Shown here in pieces: positions 51,760 to 61,516 of a stretch of 64,000 nt of DNA; positions within the stretch are counted from its first letter, which is position 1; the number at the start of each line of letters is the position of its first letter. The stretch spans positions 3,896 to 67,895 of the forward strand of contig JAVBRU010000018.1 of the NCBI GenBank assembly GCA_031547595.1. The letters run 5' to 3'. The stretch is from Eubacteriales bacterium. Lineage in GTDB: Bacteria > Bacillota > Clostridia > Christensenellales > Aristaeellaceae. The notes under the pieces were generated by a model. It searched no databases and was not told the DNA's origin. It saw only the letters and a program-made list of their open reading frames with translations. The position numbers and the translations under genes are program-made.

Positions 51760-53568
51760 ATGAACAACCGCAGGCTTCGCCTGATGGGCAAGCTGATCTG
51801 GGACAACAGGCGCTATTATGCGGGCGCGCTCATTTGCACACTGTTCACTGTCAGCATAGAGTTTTTGCTGCCATTGCTGCTGAAGGAAACCACAGATTAT
51901 TATCTATTGGACAAGGGCTCGATCATGCCCGCGTTTATCAATAACTGGGTGGACGCCAGGGGCGGCCGGCTGTATATGCTGGATCATTTATGGATTGTCG
52001 GCATTGTGCTGATCGCCGTCAACATCATCAGCGGCGTTTTCCAGTTTATGAAGGGACGCTGGCAGTCTCAGGCGGGCGAAAGCGCTGCACTGTATCTGCG
52101 CGAGCGGCTGTACGGCCACATCCAGAAGCTGCCCTTCTCTTACCACGTAAAGGCCGAAACGGGCGATCTGGTGCAGCGCTGCACCTCCGACGTGGAAACC
52201 GTACGCCGCTTTATTTCGCAGCAGCTCATTGCCATTGTCAATGCCATTTTGATGATCGCGGTGGCGCTTATCATTCTTGTGCAGTTTAATGTCACGCTGA
52301 CACTGTACAGCATGATCCTGGTACCGGCGCTCTTCCTGTTCGCTTATTTCTTCTTCAAATGGGTCATCAAGGCCTTCCGTGAGTCTGACGAAGCCGAAGG
52401 CAAAATGAGCGCTAACTTGCAGGAGAACCTTACCGGCGTACGCGTGGTGCGCGCGTTTGGCAAGCAGGAGCACGAGGTAGGCAAGTTTGAAAAAACCAGC
52501 AGCGATCTGCGCGATAAATCCTACAAGCTGTGCAGGTTGTTGGCTGTTTACTGGGCGACCAGTGATGCCATGAGCATGATTCAATCGATGATCACCACCG
52601 TTGCCTGCGTTTTCTTTGCCATTCGCGGTGAAATCACGGTGGGCGTCATGATTGTGTTTACCTCCTACCTGTGGAAGCTACTCTGGCCGATCCGCCAGCT
52701 TGGGCGTATATTGTCCGATGCGGGCAAGAGCTTTGTGTCGCTGGACCGTATTGACGAGATCCTGCGCGAAAAAGAAGAACCGGCCGAGCCGGACGCCATC
52801 AAGCCCTCGCTTCGCGGAGATATCGTGTTTGACAATGTGAGCTTCCGCTATGACGACAAGCGTGAAGTGCTGGACGGCATGAGCTTCACCGTGCCGCAGG
52901 GCAAAACGGTGGCCATCCTCGGCGCCACGGGCAGCGGCAAAAGCAGCATTGTGCACCTGATGCAGCGCTTGTTTGAGCCGCAGAAGGGCGAAATCACCAT
53001 CGGCGGCGTCAACATCAATAAGATCGACCGCTACTACCTGCGCAGCCATGTGGGCCTTGTGCTGCAGGAGCCCTTCCTCTACTCCAAAACCATCAAAGAA
53101 AACATCGGCGTCGCCATCCGCAATGCCAGTGATGAAGCCATCGACGCCGCCATCACCGATGCCAGCGCCAAGCAGTTCATCCTGGACAGCGAAAAGGGCT
53201 TTGACACCATCGTGGGCGAGCGCGGCGTCACCCTGTCCGGCGGCCAGAAACAACGCCTGGCTATCTCCCGCACGCTGATGAAGGACAACGATATTCTGAT
53301 CTTTGACGACTCGCTGTCTGCGGTAGACACCGAGACCGACGCGCAGATCCGCTCCGCCCTCAAAAAGCGCAGCAAGGATACCACCACCATCATCATCAGC
53401 CACCGCATCGTCACACTGTCCCAGGCCGATCTGATCCTCGTGGTGGAGGACGGCAAGATCAGCCAGCAGGGCACCCACCAACAGCTCATCCATCAGGACG
53501 GCCTGTACAGCAAAATCTTCAACATCCAGACCGAACTGGAAGAAGACTTTGCCTTAGAGCAGGCATAA
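51760..53568 (+). CDS. ABC exporter half-transporter (TMD-NBD), subunit with degenerate Walker B glutamate
   Basis: 602 aa with 6 TM segments plus an NBD. Walker A is GATGSGKSS, the signature is LSGGQKQRLAISR, and Walker B ILIFDDSLSAVD has D in place of the catalytic E. Confidence 0.9.
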   Translation: MNNRRLRLMGKLIWDNRRYYAGALICTLFTVSIEFLLPLLLKETTDYYLLDKGSIMPAFINNWVDARGGRLYMLDHLWIVGIVLIAVNIISGVFQFMKGRWQSQAGESAALYLRERLYGHIQKLPFSYHVKAETGDLVQRCTSDVETVRRFISQQLIAIVNAILMIAVALIILVQFNVTLTLYSMILVPALFLFAYFFFKWVIKAFRESDEAEGKMSANLQENLTGVRVVRAFGKQEHEVGKFEKTSSDLRDKSYKLCRLLAVYWATSDAMSMIQSMITTVACVFFAIRGEITVGVMIVFTSYLWKLLWPIRQLGRILSDAGKSFVSLDRIDEILREKEEPAEPDAIKPSLRGDIVFDNVSFRYDDKREVLDGMSFTVPQGKTVAILGATGSGKSSIVHLMQRLFEPQKGEITIGGVNINKIDRYYLRSHVGLVLQEPFLYSKTIKENIGVAIRNASDEAIDAAITDASAKQFILDSEKGFDTIVGERGVTLSGGQKQRLAISRTLMKDNDILIFDDSLSAVDTETDAQIRSALKKRSKDTTTIIISHRIVTLSQADLILVVEDGKISQQGTHQQLIHQDGLYSKIFNIQTELEEDFALEQA

Positions 53569-53581
53569 GGAGTGACGCATT

Positions 53582-55420
53582 ATGCAACAATTTGAAGAAC
53601 AGGATTATACCAAAAAATTTGACCTGTCGCTCTGGGTCAAGCTGCTCAAGCATGCCAAGGGCCAGCACAAAAACCTCAAGCGGCTGATCGTCACGATGGG
53701 CGTTTGCGCGATCTGCGATGTGCTGTTCCCGCTGATGTCCCGCTATGCCATTGACGAACTGATCGGCAAGGAGAGCACCGCCGGGTTGCCGCTGTTTGTC
53801 GGGCTGTACCTGGGCCTTCTGCTGATCCAGGTGGCGTCTATCTACTACTTTCTCATCCTTGGCGGCCGCATTGAGGTGGGTACCAACTACACCATCCGCC
53901 AGGAGGCTTTCCGCAAGCTGCAGGAGCTGCCCTTCTCCTATTACGACCGCATGCCCGTTGGCTACCTCATGAGCCGCATGACCAGCGACACGGCGCGTCT
54001 AGGTGAAACCATCGGCTGGTCGCTATTGGACTTGGCGTGGGGCGTCGTGATGCTGATAGCATGTGGCATTTCGATGTTCCTGCTCAACTGGAAGCTGGCG
54101 CTGGTGGTGATGCTGGTGATGCCGCCGCTGGCCGTGGCATCATACTATTTCCAAAAGAACATCCTCAAAAGCTACCGCGCCGTGCGCAAGACCAACAGCA
54201 AGATCACCGGCGCATTCAACGAAGGCATCATGGGCGCGAAAACCACCAAAACGCTGGTGCGCGAAGAAATGAACATGGAAGAGTTCACCGTGCTCACCCA
54301 CGACATGAAAAAGTCCGCCGTGCGTGCCGCTTCCCTGTCCGCGCTGTATCTGCCCATCGTGATCTCCCTTGGCTCTGTGGCCACCGCGTATGCGCTGTGG
54401 CAGGGCGGCATCCAGGTCAATTTGGGCATCGCGGGCATGACGCTGGGCGTACTTCAGGTGTTTGTCAACTACACCATGCAGTTCTTTGAGCCCATCCGCA
54501 ACATCGCCAATACGTTTTCCGAAATGCAAAGTGCGCAGGCCGCTGCCGAGCGCGTGGTGACGCTCCTGGATACCGAGCCGGACATTCAGGACACCCCGGA
54601 GGTCGAGGCGGTGTACGGCGATAACTTCCACCCCAAGAAAGAAAACTGGCCCGCCATTCATGGCGATATCGACTTTGTGCACGTGGATTTCAAGTATAAA
54701 GAAGGCGAGCAGGTACTCACCGACTTTAACCTGTCGGTCAAGGCGGGGGAGACGATCGCTTTGGTCGGCCCCACGGGCGCGGGCAAATCCACTGTGGTCA
54801 ACCTCATCTGCCGCTTTTATGAGCCCACTGCGGGCGAAGTGCGCATCGATGGCGTGGACTACCGGGGCCGCAGCCAGCTCTGGCTGCAAAGCAACCTCGG
54901 CTATGTGCTGCAGGAGCCGCATTTGTTCTCCGGCAGCATTGCAGATAACATCCGCTATGCGCGGCTTGACGCCAGCGATGACGAGGTGAAAGAGGCCGCG
55001 CGCATGGTGAATGCCGAGGCGTTCATCCTCAAACTGGAAAAAGGCTATGACACCGATGTGGGCGAGGGCGGCAACCGCCTGTCTACCGGCGAAAAACAGC
55101 TGATTTCCTTTGCCCGTGCCATCCTGGCCAATCCCCGCATCTTCGTGCTGGACGAGGCTACTTCGTCGGTTGATACCCAAACCGAGCAGATCGTGCAGCA
55201 AGCCATTTCCACCGTGCTGGAGGGCCGCACCAGCTTTATCATCGCGCACCGCTTGTCCACCATCCGCACGGCGGACCGCATCCTGGTGATCGATGATGGC
55301 AAGATTGCCGAAATGGGCACGCATAAACAGCTGCTCAAAGCGCGCGGCGCATACTACAAGCTCTACACCAACCAGTTCCAGGAGGAACAGGCCATGGAGA
55401 TATTGGGAGCGAACGCGTAA
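53582..55420 (+). CDS. ABC exporter half-transporter (TMD-NBD), subunit with degenerate signature motif
   Basis: 612 aa. Walker A is GPTGAGKST, Walker B IFVLDEATSSVD has the canonical E, and the signature reads LSTGEKQLISFAR instead of LSGGQ. The pairing with the upstream gene gives one consensus and one degenerate ATP site. Confidence 0.9.
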   Translation: MQQFEEQDYTKKFDLSLWVKLLKHAKGQHKNLKRLIVTMGVCAICDVLFPLMSRYAIDELIGKESTAGLPLFVGLYLGLLLIQVASIYYFLILGGRIEVGTNYTIRQEAFRKLQELPFSYYDRMPVGYLMSRMTSDTARLGETIGWSLLDLAWGVVMLIACGISMFLLNWKLALVVMLVMPPLAVASYYFQKNILKSYRAVRKTNSKITGAFNEGIMGAKTTKTLVREEMNMEEFTVLTHDMKKSAVRAASLSALYLPIVISLGSVATAYALWQGGIQVNLGIAGMTLGVLQVFVNYTMQFFEPIRNIANTFSEMQSAQAAAERVVTLLDTEPDIQDTPEVEAVYGDNFHPKKENWPAIHGDIDFVHVDFKYKEGEQVLTDFNLSVKAGETIALVGPTGAGKSTVVNLICRFYEPTAGEVRIDGVDYRGRSQLWLQSNLGYVLQEPHLFSGSIADNIRYARLDASDDEVKEAARMVNAEAFILKLEKGYDTDVGEGGNRLSTGEKQLISFARAILANPRIFVLDEATSSVDTQTEQIVQQAISTVLEGRTSFIIAHRLSTIRTADRILVIDDGKIAEMGTHKQLLKARGAYYKLYTNQFQEEQAMEILGANA

Positions 55421-55437
55421 AACCCTTTTCATTTATT

Positions 55438-55464
55438 ACGCCGTCTGAAAAGACGGCGTATTTT
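55438..55464 (+). terminator. intrinsic terminator after the ABC exporter operon
   Basis: ACGCCGTCT-GAAA-AGACGGCGT followed by ATTTTC. Confidence 0.75.
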
Positions 55465-55484
55465 CTAGTGACAAAGCTTTTTGC

Positions 55485-55649
55485 TTAGGGCGTGTTTCAA
55501 AACTCTTGACATGCCTCTTCGGGGTCAAAAGCAACATTTCTGCGTTGTCAAACCTTGAAATAGCGATGTTATTCCGGCGGTTTGCCGCCTTAAACTGGCG
55601 CGTTATCCCCTCGAAGCTGCACGTCCCTGGCTTTTGAAACACACCCTAA
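55485..55649. repeat. 165-bp element bounded by 18-bp inverted repeats (MITE-like or structured RNA)
   Basis: TTAGGGCGTGTTTCAAAA (55485-55502) and TTTTGAAACACACCCTAA (55632-55649) are reverse complements with one mismatch. The interior holds small hairpins (TTGAC…GTCAA, CCGGCGGTTTGCCGCC). There is no convincing ORF. Confidence 0.5.
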
Positions 55650-55849
55650 TGAAAACGGCTCCTTGCCGGCTAGCAAAACCTTTCGCTGCTAATGATACCT
55701 GCCATTCCAGAGAAATGAAAAACTCTGCCATTAAAAAGGCTCTGGACCAGAAATACAGTGCGTTCAGCCATCTTAGTTTTCCAAGCGTATACATCGGCAA
55801 TGCCATGACTCCCATGTCCAATAAGCAAGCGGATGTAACACTTGCTTCT

Positions 55850-56635
55850 TTACCTTGCACTGTCTTTCTCATCATAGGTGGTATAGTAATTCTGCGAAGA
55901 GCTGTTAGCCCACTTCGTTGGTGAATACCCCGTCCGCTTTTTGAACAGCTTTGAAAAATAAGATATGTCGTCAAATCCGCTTTGATAGGCGATTTCGGCG
56001 ATGCTTGCATCCGAACGCGCCTTCGAAGCAAGCAGCTGCTTTGCATGATCCAGCCGCTTGCTTTGTAGATACTGCATCGGTGTTTGACCGATTTCCTTCA
56101 CAAAAAAACGTCTGAGATAATCCGCATTCAAGGGGATATCTCTAAGTACCTTTGCCAAATCAAAGCTGGAATTGGAAATATTCATGATAATTTCATCTTG
56201 AATTTTCCCGATATAGGGGTGCTTGGCCTTTTCTGATGAAAACGACTCAACATATTGAAAAAGCAGCAGCAGCAAGCAATCAATAATCGCTTCATGGTTT
56301 TTTCTTTTCAAATGATACTCGCTGTATATCTGCATCAAAACAGTTTGAAATGCGTTCGTCTCATTATCATGAAATCGGATAAATGTTGTTTTATGAAAGC
56401 CTTCATTAATAAAGCACAAATGGATATTGGTATAAGACACCTCGCATGTTTCCTTGTGAATTGCATTGGGTGGGATGATGAAAACATCCTTTTCCCGAAA
56501 CGGTTCAATTTTTCCGTCTATTAAGGCTATTCCGGGGCCGGAAGTAAAATAGACAACCTCCCAAAAGTCATGGGAGTGGAGCCCGATTGATTGGAACTCA
56601 CCCGTGAGTTTATTGACATAGTGTATACCATTCAT
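55850..56635 (-). CDS. AraC-family transcriptional regulator (cupin sensor + HTH_18)
   Basis: 261 aa. The N-terminal cupin-like region is …HSHDFWEVVYFTSGPG…. The C-terminal AraC HTH is …LNADYLRRFFVKEIGQTPMQYLQSKRLDHAKQLL……IAEIAYQSGFDDISYFSKLFKKRTGYSP. Confidence 0.9.
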   Translation of the reverse strand: MNGIHYVNKLTGEFQSIGLHSHDFWEVVYFTSGPGIALIDGKIEPFREKDVFIIPPNAIHKETCEVSYTNIHLCFINEGFHKTTFIRFHDNETNAFQTVLMQIYSEYHLKRKNHEAIIDCLLLLLFQYVESFSSEKAKHPYIGKIQDEIIMNISNSSFDLAKVLRDIPLNADYLRRFFVKEIGQTPMQYLQSKRLDHAKQLLASKARSDASIAEIAYQSGFDDISYFSKLFKKRTGYSPTKWANSSSQNYYTTYDEKDSAR

Positions 56636-56973
56636 TTTGAATTAACCCCTCCAGACACAAAAGTCTGTTTTATACAAAAGTTGATTTGGCCAGATACCGA
56701 ATTGTCATTGTTCATAATCATTCTGATTGTTATAATATGAACACACCGCATAAGAAGACGCATTCGGTTGGTATTACTACCAAAAACAACCTTGCATAAT
56801 AGTGAATTACCTATAACGTTTCACACCATTGTATCAAAAACGCGCATGAAAAGCAAATGTGCAGTGTAAAGGCTTCAAGTGCGTGTACTGTGCAGTCAAT
56901 AGTCTGTTTTATCCATTTGTCATCAATAGGCGAGCGCTTGTTGAAATAATTAAGGAAATGGGGAGGGACTGAC

Positions 56974-57606
56974 ATGAAAAGGACCTTGGCAATTATTCTT
57001 GCCGCGCTGATGCTGCTATCGACAGCAGCCCTTGCGGAACCAACCGAGACACCCCCGGTGCCGGCTATAAACAATGGCGATTTTGAATTGCCGCTGGGGC
57101 CGCCCGAAGAAGCAGGAAACGCACGCTCTAATGACGGAGAAACCATCCTGTCCATCGACACCCAGGACGTGTTTGAAGGAGAAGGCGCGCTGAAAATCAC
57201 CAACCGGCAAAACGAGTGGGGCGCTGTTGCTTTTGATGTATTGCCGTATCTTCAGGCGCATGGCACGGGCTCGTACTATGCCACTGCGATGGTGAAAGGC
57301 TTCTCTGGGAAAGGACGGCTCACCCTGCATACGCGCTATACCGATGGGCGCAATGTATACCGGCAAACGGGTGTACTTCATGATTTCAATGCAAAAATCT
57401 GGACCAAGTTCGGTGTTGAGCCAGATGGCTTTGATACGCCCATTGCTATGAAGGACGAAGGCGAATGGGATCCGATCCTCGATACCACGGATTTAGAGTA
57501 TGCGGTACTATACTTCTGGATCGAAGGCGACAATACGGCAGATCTGTGGATCGACAATGTCAGCTTCTTCTTCGAAACGGAGATGCCTCAATCAGAAAAC
57601 GAGTAA
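56974..57606 (+). CDS. secreted stand-alone carbohydrate-binding-module protein (CBM4_9/CBM22-like)
   Basis: 210 aa with signal peptide MKRTLAIILAALMLLSTAALA. NNGDFE…EGEGALKITNRQNEWGAVAFDV……LWIDNVSFF is the typical CBM_4_9 beginning and end. No catalytic domain is present. Confidence 0.7.
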   Translation: MKRTLAIILAALMLLSTAALAEPTETPPVPAINNGDFELPLGPPEEAGNARSNDGETILSIDTQDVFEGEGALKITNRQNEWGAVAFDVLPYLQAHGTGSYYATAMVKGFSGKGRLTLHTRYTDGRNVYRQTGVLHDFNAKIWTKFGVEPDGFDTPIAMKDEGEWDPILDTTDLEYAVLYFWIEGDNTADLWIDNVSFFFETEMPQSENE

Positions 57607-57763
57607 TCCAGTTACAGGGGTTGTCGCAATAAGGAAAACACCGGACGCGTTCCTAGCCCCGGTTTAATGGGTTTCATCCCATAACGGGATCAAAGGGATG
57701 TATCCCTTGGCGTTCCTACTTTCTTGTTGCGGCAGCCCCAAGGCGTGTGAGAGGACGGTATAC

Positions 57764-58705
57764 ATGAACGACGCTTGCCGGCTAAGAACCTTGGCAAACA
57801 GGCCGCCTAAAAAGAAGGGTTATGACCTGAAACGGCGGGAAGCGGTATATGGCTATCTGTTTACGGCCCCCGCAATTCTGGGCCTGTTTTTCTGGGCTTT
57901 CATTCCCATTGGCTACAGCCTGCTTTTAAGCCTGACGGATTGGAATGTACTGTCGGACTGGAACTTTGTCGGCTTGCAAAACTATGTTGCGCTGTTCACC
58001 GAAGATCTGTTTTTCTTTGATTCGCTGGTGGCTACGGTTTACTATGCCGTCGGGGCTGTGATCGCTACAAATCTGACCGCTTTCATTCTGGCGCTTCTGC
58101 TCAATAATGATATAAAGGGCAAAGCGGTCTACCGCACGCTTTTTTACCTGCCCACCATTGTACCAATGGTTGCCCAATCTATTTTGTGGGGCTGGCTTTT
58201 CAACCCCGATTTCGGGCTGCTGAATAGCATTCTCAATGCAGTTGGCCTTCCCTCCTCCCTCTGGCTGGCAGATGAAAGCACCGTCATCCCTTCTCTTATC
58301 TTAATGGCGACCTGGACCTGCGGCGGCAGCATGGTCATCTATCTGGCGGGCTTGCAGGGCATTCCTTTGGAGCAGCTGGAATCTGTGGAGGTGGACGGCG
58401 GAAGCTATCGGCACAAGCTTCGGCACATTATGCTGCCATACATGTCTCCCGTCATCTTTTTCAATATGCTCATGAGTGTGATCGGCTCCCTTCAAGTATT
58501 CACACAGGCCATGATGATGACCGGAGGCGGGCCGAACAACAAGTCCCTGTTCTATTCGTATTATCTGTACGTAACTGCTTTTAGAAACAACAACATGGGG
58601 TATGCCTGCGCCATGGCCTGGATTCTTTTTGCCATCACAGCCCTGGTTGCCTCACTGATCTTTCTGTTTTTTAAAGACCGGCTGTATTTTGAGGGAGGGA
58701 AATAG
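57764..58705 (+). CDS. sugar ABC transporter permease (MalF-like)
   Basis: Trimmed to ATG 57764 (RBS GAGAGGA). 313 aa with EAA loop ESVEVDGGSYRHKLRHIMLPYM. Confidence 0.85.
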   Translation: MNDACRLRTLANRPPKKKGYDLKRREAVYGYLFTAPAILGLFFWAFIPIGYSLLLSLTDWNVLSDWNFVGLQNYVALFTEDLFFFDSLVATVYYAVGAVIATNLTAFILALLLNNDIKGKAVYRTLFYLPTIVPMVAQSILWGWLFNPDFGLLNSILNAVGLPSSLWLADESTVIPSLILMATWTCGGSMVIYLAGLQGIPLEQLESVEVDGGSYRHKLRHIMLPYMSPVIFFNMLMSVIGSLQVFTQAMMMTGGGPNNKSLFYSYYLYVTAFRNNNMGYACAMAWILFAITALVASLIFLFFKDRLYFEGGK

Positions 58706-58706
58706 C

Positions 58707-59549
58707 ATGGCGGTAAGAAACAGGCGTTCAAAAGGCTATCGGCTGCTGCTCAATCTCTTCCTGGTGCTTGGCGGCCTGATCTGCCTGGTTCCTTTGTTTT
58801 GGATGATCCGAAGCTCTTTAATGGATTTAGGTGAAATCTACATTCAGCCGCCTCTGCTTTGGTCGCCGGAACCCAAATGGGAGAATTATGGCGAGATTTT
58901 CTTCTCGCAGTTCCAGTTTTTCCACTACGCCTTCAATACGCTGAAAATTGTCGTTCCGGTATGGATCGGGACGGTGGCGACTTCCTCCATTGCAGCGTAT
59001 GGGTTTGCCCGGTTTGAATTTCCGCTTAAAAAAATGTGGTTCTCCATTATTTTGGCAACCATGATGCTGCCTGGCGCGGTTACCCTGATCCCGGGCTTCA
59101 TGATCTGGAATGCATTGGGGCTGGTCAACACCTATTACCCGCTGATCATTCCTTCGTTTTTTGGAGGCGGCGCTTTTAACATTTTTCTGATGAGGCAGTT
59201 CATCATGGGCATTCCACGATCGCTTGATGAATCGGCTGCTATAGAAGGCGCAGGGTATTTCCGGATCTTCTTCACGATTTTAGTGCCCCTGCTCCGGCCT
59301 GTTTTTATCGTGGTTTCGCTTTTTACCATTCTGGGCACCTGGAACGATTTTTTGGGTCCACTCATTTTGCTGTATGACCCGCAAAAATACACCCTTGCGT
59401 TGTCTTTACAGGTCTTCTCCAGCGCCTATGGTTCAAACTTTGGCGTCGTCATGGCAGGGGCAACGGTCACCACCCTGCCCGCGATCATCCTGTTTGTGAT
59501 CGGCCAGAAATACTTCGTAAACGGCATGGTGCTGTCAGGCCTTAAGTAG
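58707..59549 (+). CDS. carbohydrate ABC transporter permease (MalG-like)
   Basis: Trimmed to ATG 58707 (RBS GGGAGGGAAA). 280 aa with EAA loop ESAAIEGAGYFRIFFTILVPLL. Confidence 0.85.
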   Translation: MAVRNRRSKGYRLLLNLFLVLGGLICLVPLFWMIRSSLMDLGEIYIQPPLLWSPEPKWENYGEIFFSQFQFFHYAFNTLKIVVPVWIGTVATSSIAAYGFARFEFPLKKMWFSIILATMMLPGAVTLIPGFMIWNALGLVNTYYPLIIPSFFGGGAFNIFLMRQFIMGIPRSLDESAAIEGAGYFRIFFTILVPLLRPVFIVVSLFTILGTWNDFLGPLILLYDPQKYTLALSLQVFSSAYGSNFGVVMAGATVTTLPAIILFVIGQKYFVNGMVLSGLK

Positions 59550-59568
59550 CCGAGGAGGAGTCGCGTTA

Positions 59569-61497
59569 ATGAATAAGAGGATCGTGCTCTTTGCGTTTGC
59601 CACCCTTCTAGCCGCTTCCGGTATAGGCGGCACCCCTATTCCAAATGTTTTGGCTACAAATAACACAGTAGTTGAGGTGCCACCAATGATTACGAACCCC
59701 GCCGTGGAGAGTATCCTGTTTGAAGGCTTGATGCAAGAGCGTATCAATAACAGCATCGATAATTGGCTTCTTCCCGCCTACAGGTCAAACCCCGCTATGA
59801 TCGAAATGTTCCGACAGCGCGACGCGGCCCCGCGGCTCAAAATTGTTTCGTGGTACGGAGAATTTCCCGGAAAGCACCTGACCGCTGCCTCGCTTTTATA
59901 CCGCTTAACGAAGCGGGAAGACATCAAGGCTGAAATGGATGGGCTGGTGGAAGCGCTCGAATCGGTCCAGTCGGAGGAGGGGTATCTGGGTCCCTTCCCT
60001 GAGTCGGAACGGCTGGTGGGTTATATCCACAAGGACATGGGCAAGCACCGGCATTGGGATATGTGGGGGCACTACCATTGCATCATGGGGCTTTTGATGT
60101 GGCACGAGGAAACGGGAAATAAAACCGCGTATGAAGTCGCCGTAAAGGCTGCCGATTATGTGATCTCTTATTTCGAGCATACAGGGAAAAATGTGCTTGA
60201 AGCAGGCGAAACAGAGATGAATTTGAGCATTGTACATGCTTATACCACCCTGTATCAATTGACCCGGGAGCAAAAGTATCTTGACTTTGCCCAAACGCTG
60301 CTTCGCGCCCTTGAAGATGAAACGGCAGGCGACTACTACCGCGCGGGCCTTGCAAATACTGCGTTTTATCAAACCCGAAAGCCGCGCTGGGAAGGGCTGC
60401 ATACGATCCAGGCGCTTTACGATATGTTCTTGATCACGGGCGAGGAAAGCTTCCGCGTTTCCTTTGAAAATCTGTGGTGGAGCATTCTGGAAACTGACAG
60501 GCATAACACCGGTGGGTTTTCGTCCGGCGAGCAGGCGCAGGGCTCTCCTTACCATACGGGGCCGATCGAAACCTGCTGCACGGTCGCATGGATCGCGCTA
60601 AGCTGCGATATGTACCACCTGACGCAGAATCCGCTCATCATAGACGAGCTGGAGCTTTCCACCTTAAATGGCGTTTTGGGGTATATGCACCCCTCCGGCC
60701 GCTGGTCGGCCTACAATTCCCCCATGCTTGGCGTCAAAAAAGCCTCGGCGCACGAGATCGTGTTTCAGGCGGTTGCCGGAAGCCCCGAGCTTAATTGCTG
60801 CTCTGTAAATGCGCCCCGGGGCCTTGGCATGATCGCGGACTGGGCGGTGCTGCGTACCGACGAAGGCGTGGCGCTAAACTACTATGGTGCGGGCGAAATC
60901 CATACCGCAACGCCTAAAGGAAACACATTGGTCATCGCGCAGAAAACGGAATATCCAAAGGACGGCGCGATTACGATCCGGCTCTCGTTGACGGAGGCGG
61001 AGGAATTTACCTTGCGCCTGCGCATTCCGGCATGGTCAAACAATACGCAGCTTGCTGTCAACGGCCAGCCGCTTTCGGATGTGCGCCCCGGGACTTATTA
61101 TGATCTCACACGCCTGTTTTCGGATGGCGACACCCTGTCCTTAAGCCTAGATATGTCACTGCATTTCTGGGCGGGCGAAGAGGTTTTTGCGGGCAGTGCC
61201 GCTATCTACTACGGCCCGCTTTTGATGACCTATGATACGCGCTACAACGCAAAAGGTATTTTAGATGTACCGGCGCTTTCTTTAGCAGATATGAGCTATC
61301 GCATCAAAGACACGGAAGGCACCTTTGCGCCTATGGTGCTCATGGAGTTTACCGCCGCGCAGGGAGAGCCGGTCATGCTTTTGGACTATGCATCCGCAGG
61401 CGTAAACGGCACTTCTTTTAACACATGGATTCCCCTTGAGGGGATTGCTCCCGCTGTGTTTGACCGGGATAAAGCCGTTTGGATCACCCGGCCGTGA
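59569..61497 (+). CDS. glycoside hydrolase family 127-like (beta-L-arabinofuranosidase/DUF1680), secreted
   Basis: 642 aa with an N-terminal signal-like segment. It has the GH127 hallmarks as I recall them from HypBA1: Glu-x-Cys (IETCCTVAW) and the paired cysteines ELNCCSVNAPRG (Zn/Cys catalytic centre). Confidence 0.8.
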   Translation: MNKRIVLFAFATLLAASGIGGTPIPNVLATNNTVVEVPPMITNPAVESILFEGLMQERINNSIDNWLLPAYRSNPAMIEMFRQRDAAPRLKIVSWYGEFPGKHLTAASLLYRLTKREDIKAEMDGLVEALESVQSEEGYLGPFPESERLVGYIHKDMGKHRHWDMWGHYHCIMGLLMWHEETGNKTAYEVAVKAADYVISYFEHTGKNVLEAGETEMNLSIVHAYTTLYQLTREQKYLDFAQTLLRALEDETAGDYYRAGLANTAFYQTRKPRWEGLHTIQALYDMFLITGEESFRVSFENLWWSILETDRHNTGGFSSGEQAQGSPYHTGPIETCCTVAWIALSCDMYHLTQNPLIIDELELSTLNGVLGYMHPSGRWSAYNSPMLGVKKASAHEIVFQAVAGSPELNCCSVNAPRGLGMIADWAVLRTDEGVALNYYGAGEIHTATPKGNTLVIAQKTEYPKDGAITIRLSLTEAEEFTLRLRIPAWSNNTQLAVNGQPLSDVRPGTYYDLTRLFSDGDTLSLSLDMSLHFWAGEEVFAGSAAIYYGPLLMTYDTRYNAKGILDVPALSLADMSYRIKDTEGTFAPMVLMEFTAAQGEPVMLLDYASAGVNGTSFNTWIPLEGIAPAVFDRDKAVWITRP

Positions 61498-61516
61498 GTA
61501 AAAAGGAGGGAAAGGC

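Noticed and set aside
54140-55432. 430-aa minus-strand ORF (similarly 52678-53493, 271 aa)
   Set aside because: They are antisense to the two ABC exporter genes, which have complete Walker A/B and signature motifs.
55436-56046. ORFs of 68 aa (55436-55642, minus), 96 aa (55634-55924, plus) and 147 aa (55603-56046, minus) in the gap before the AraC gene
   Set aside because: They have no RBS and no recognisable domains. They overlap each other, the inverted-repeat element and the AraC 3' end. They are more likely non-coding or decayed sequence.
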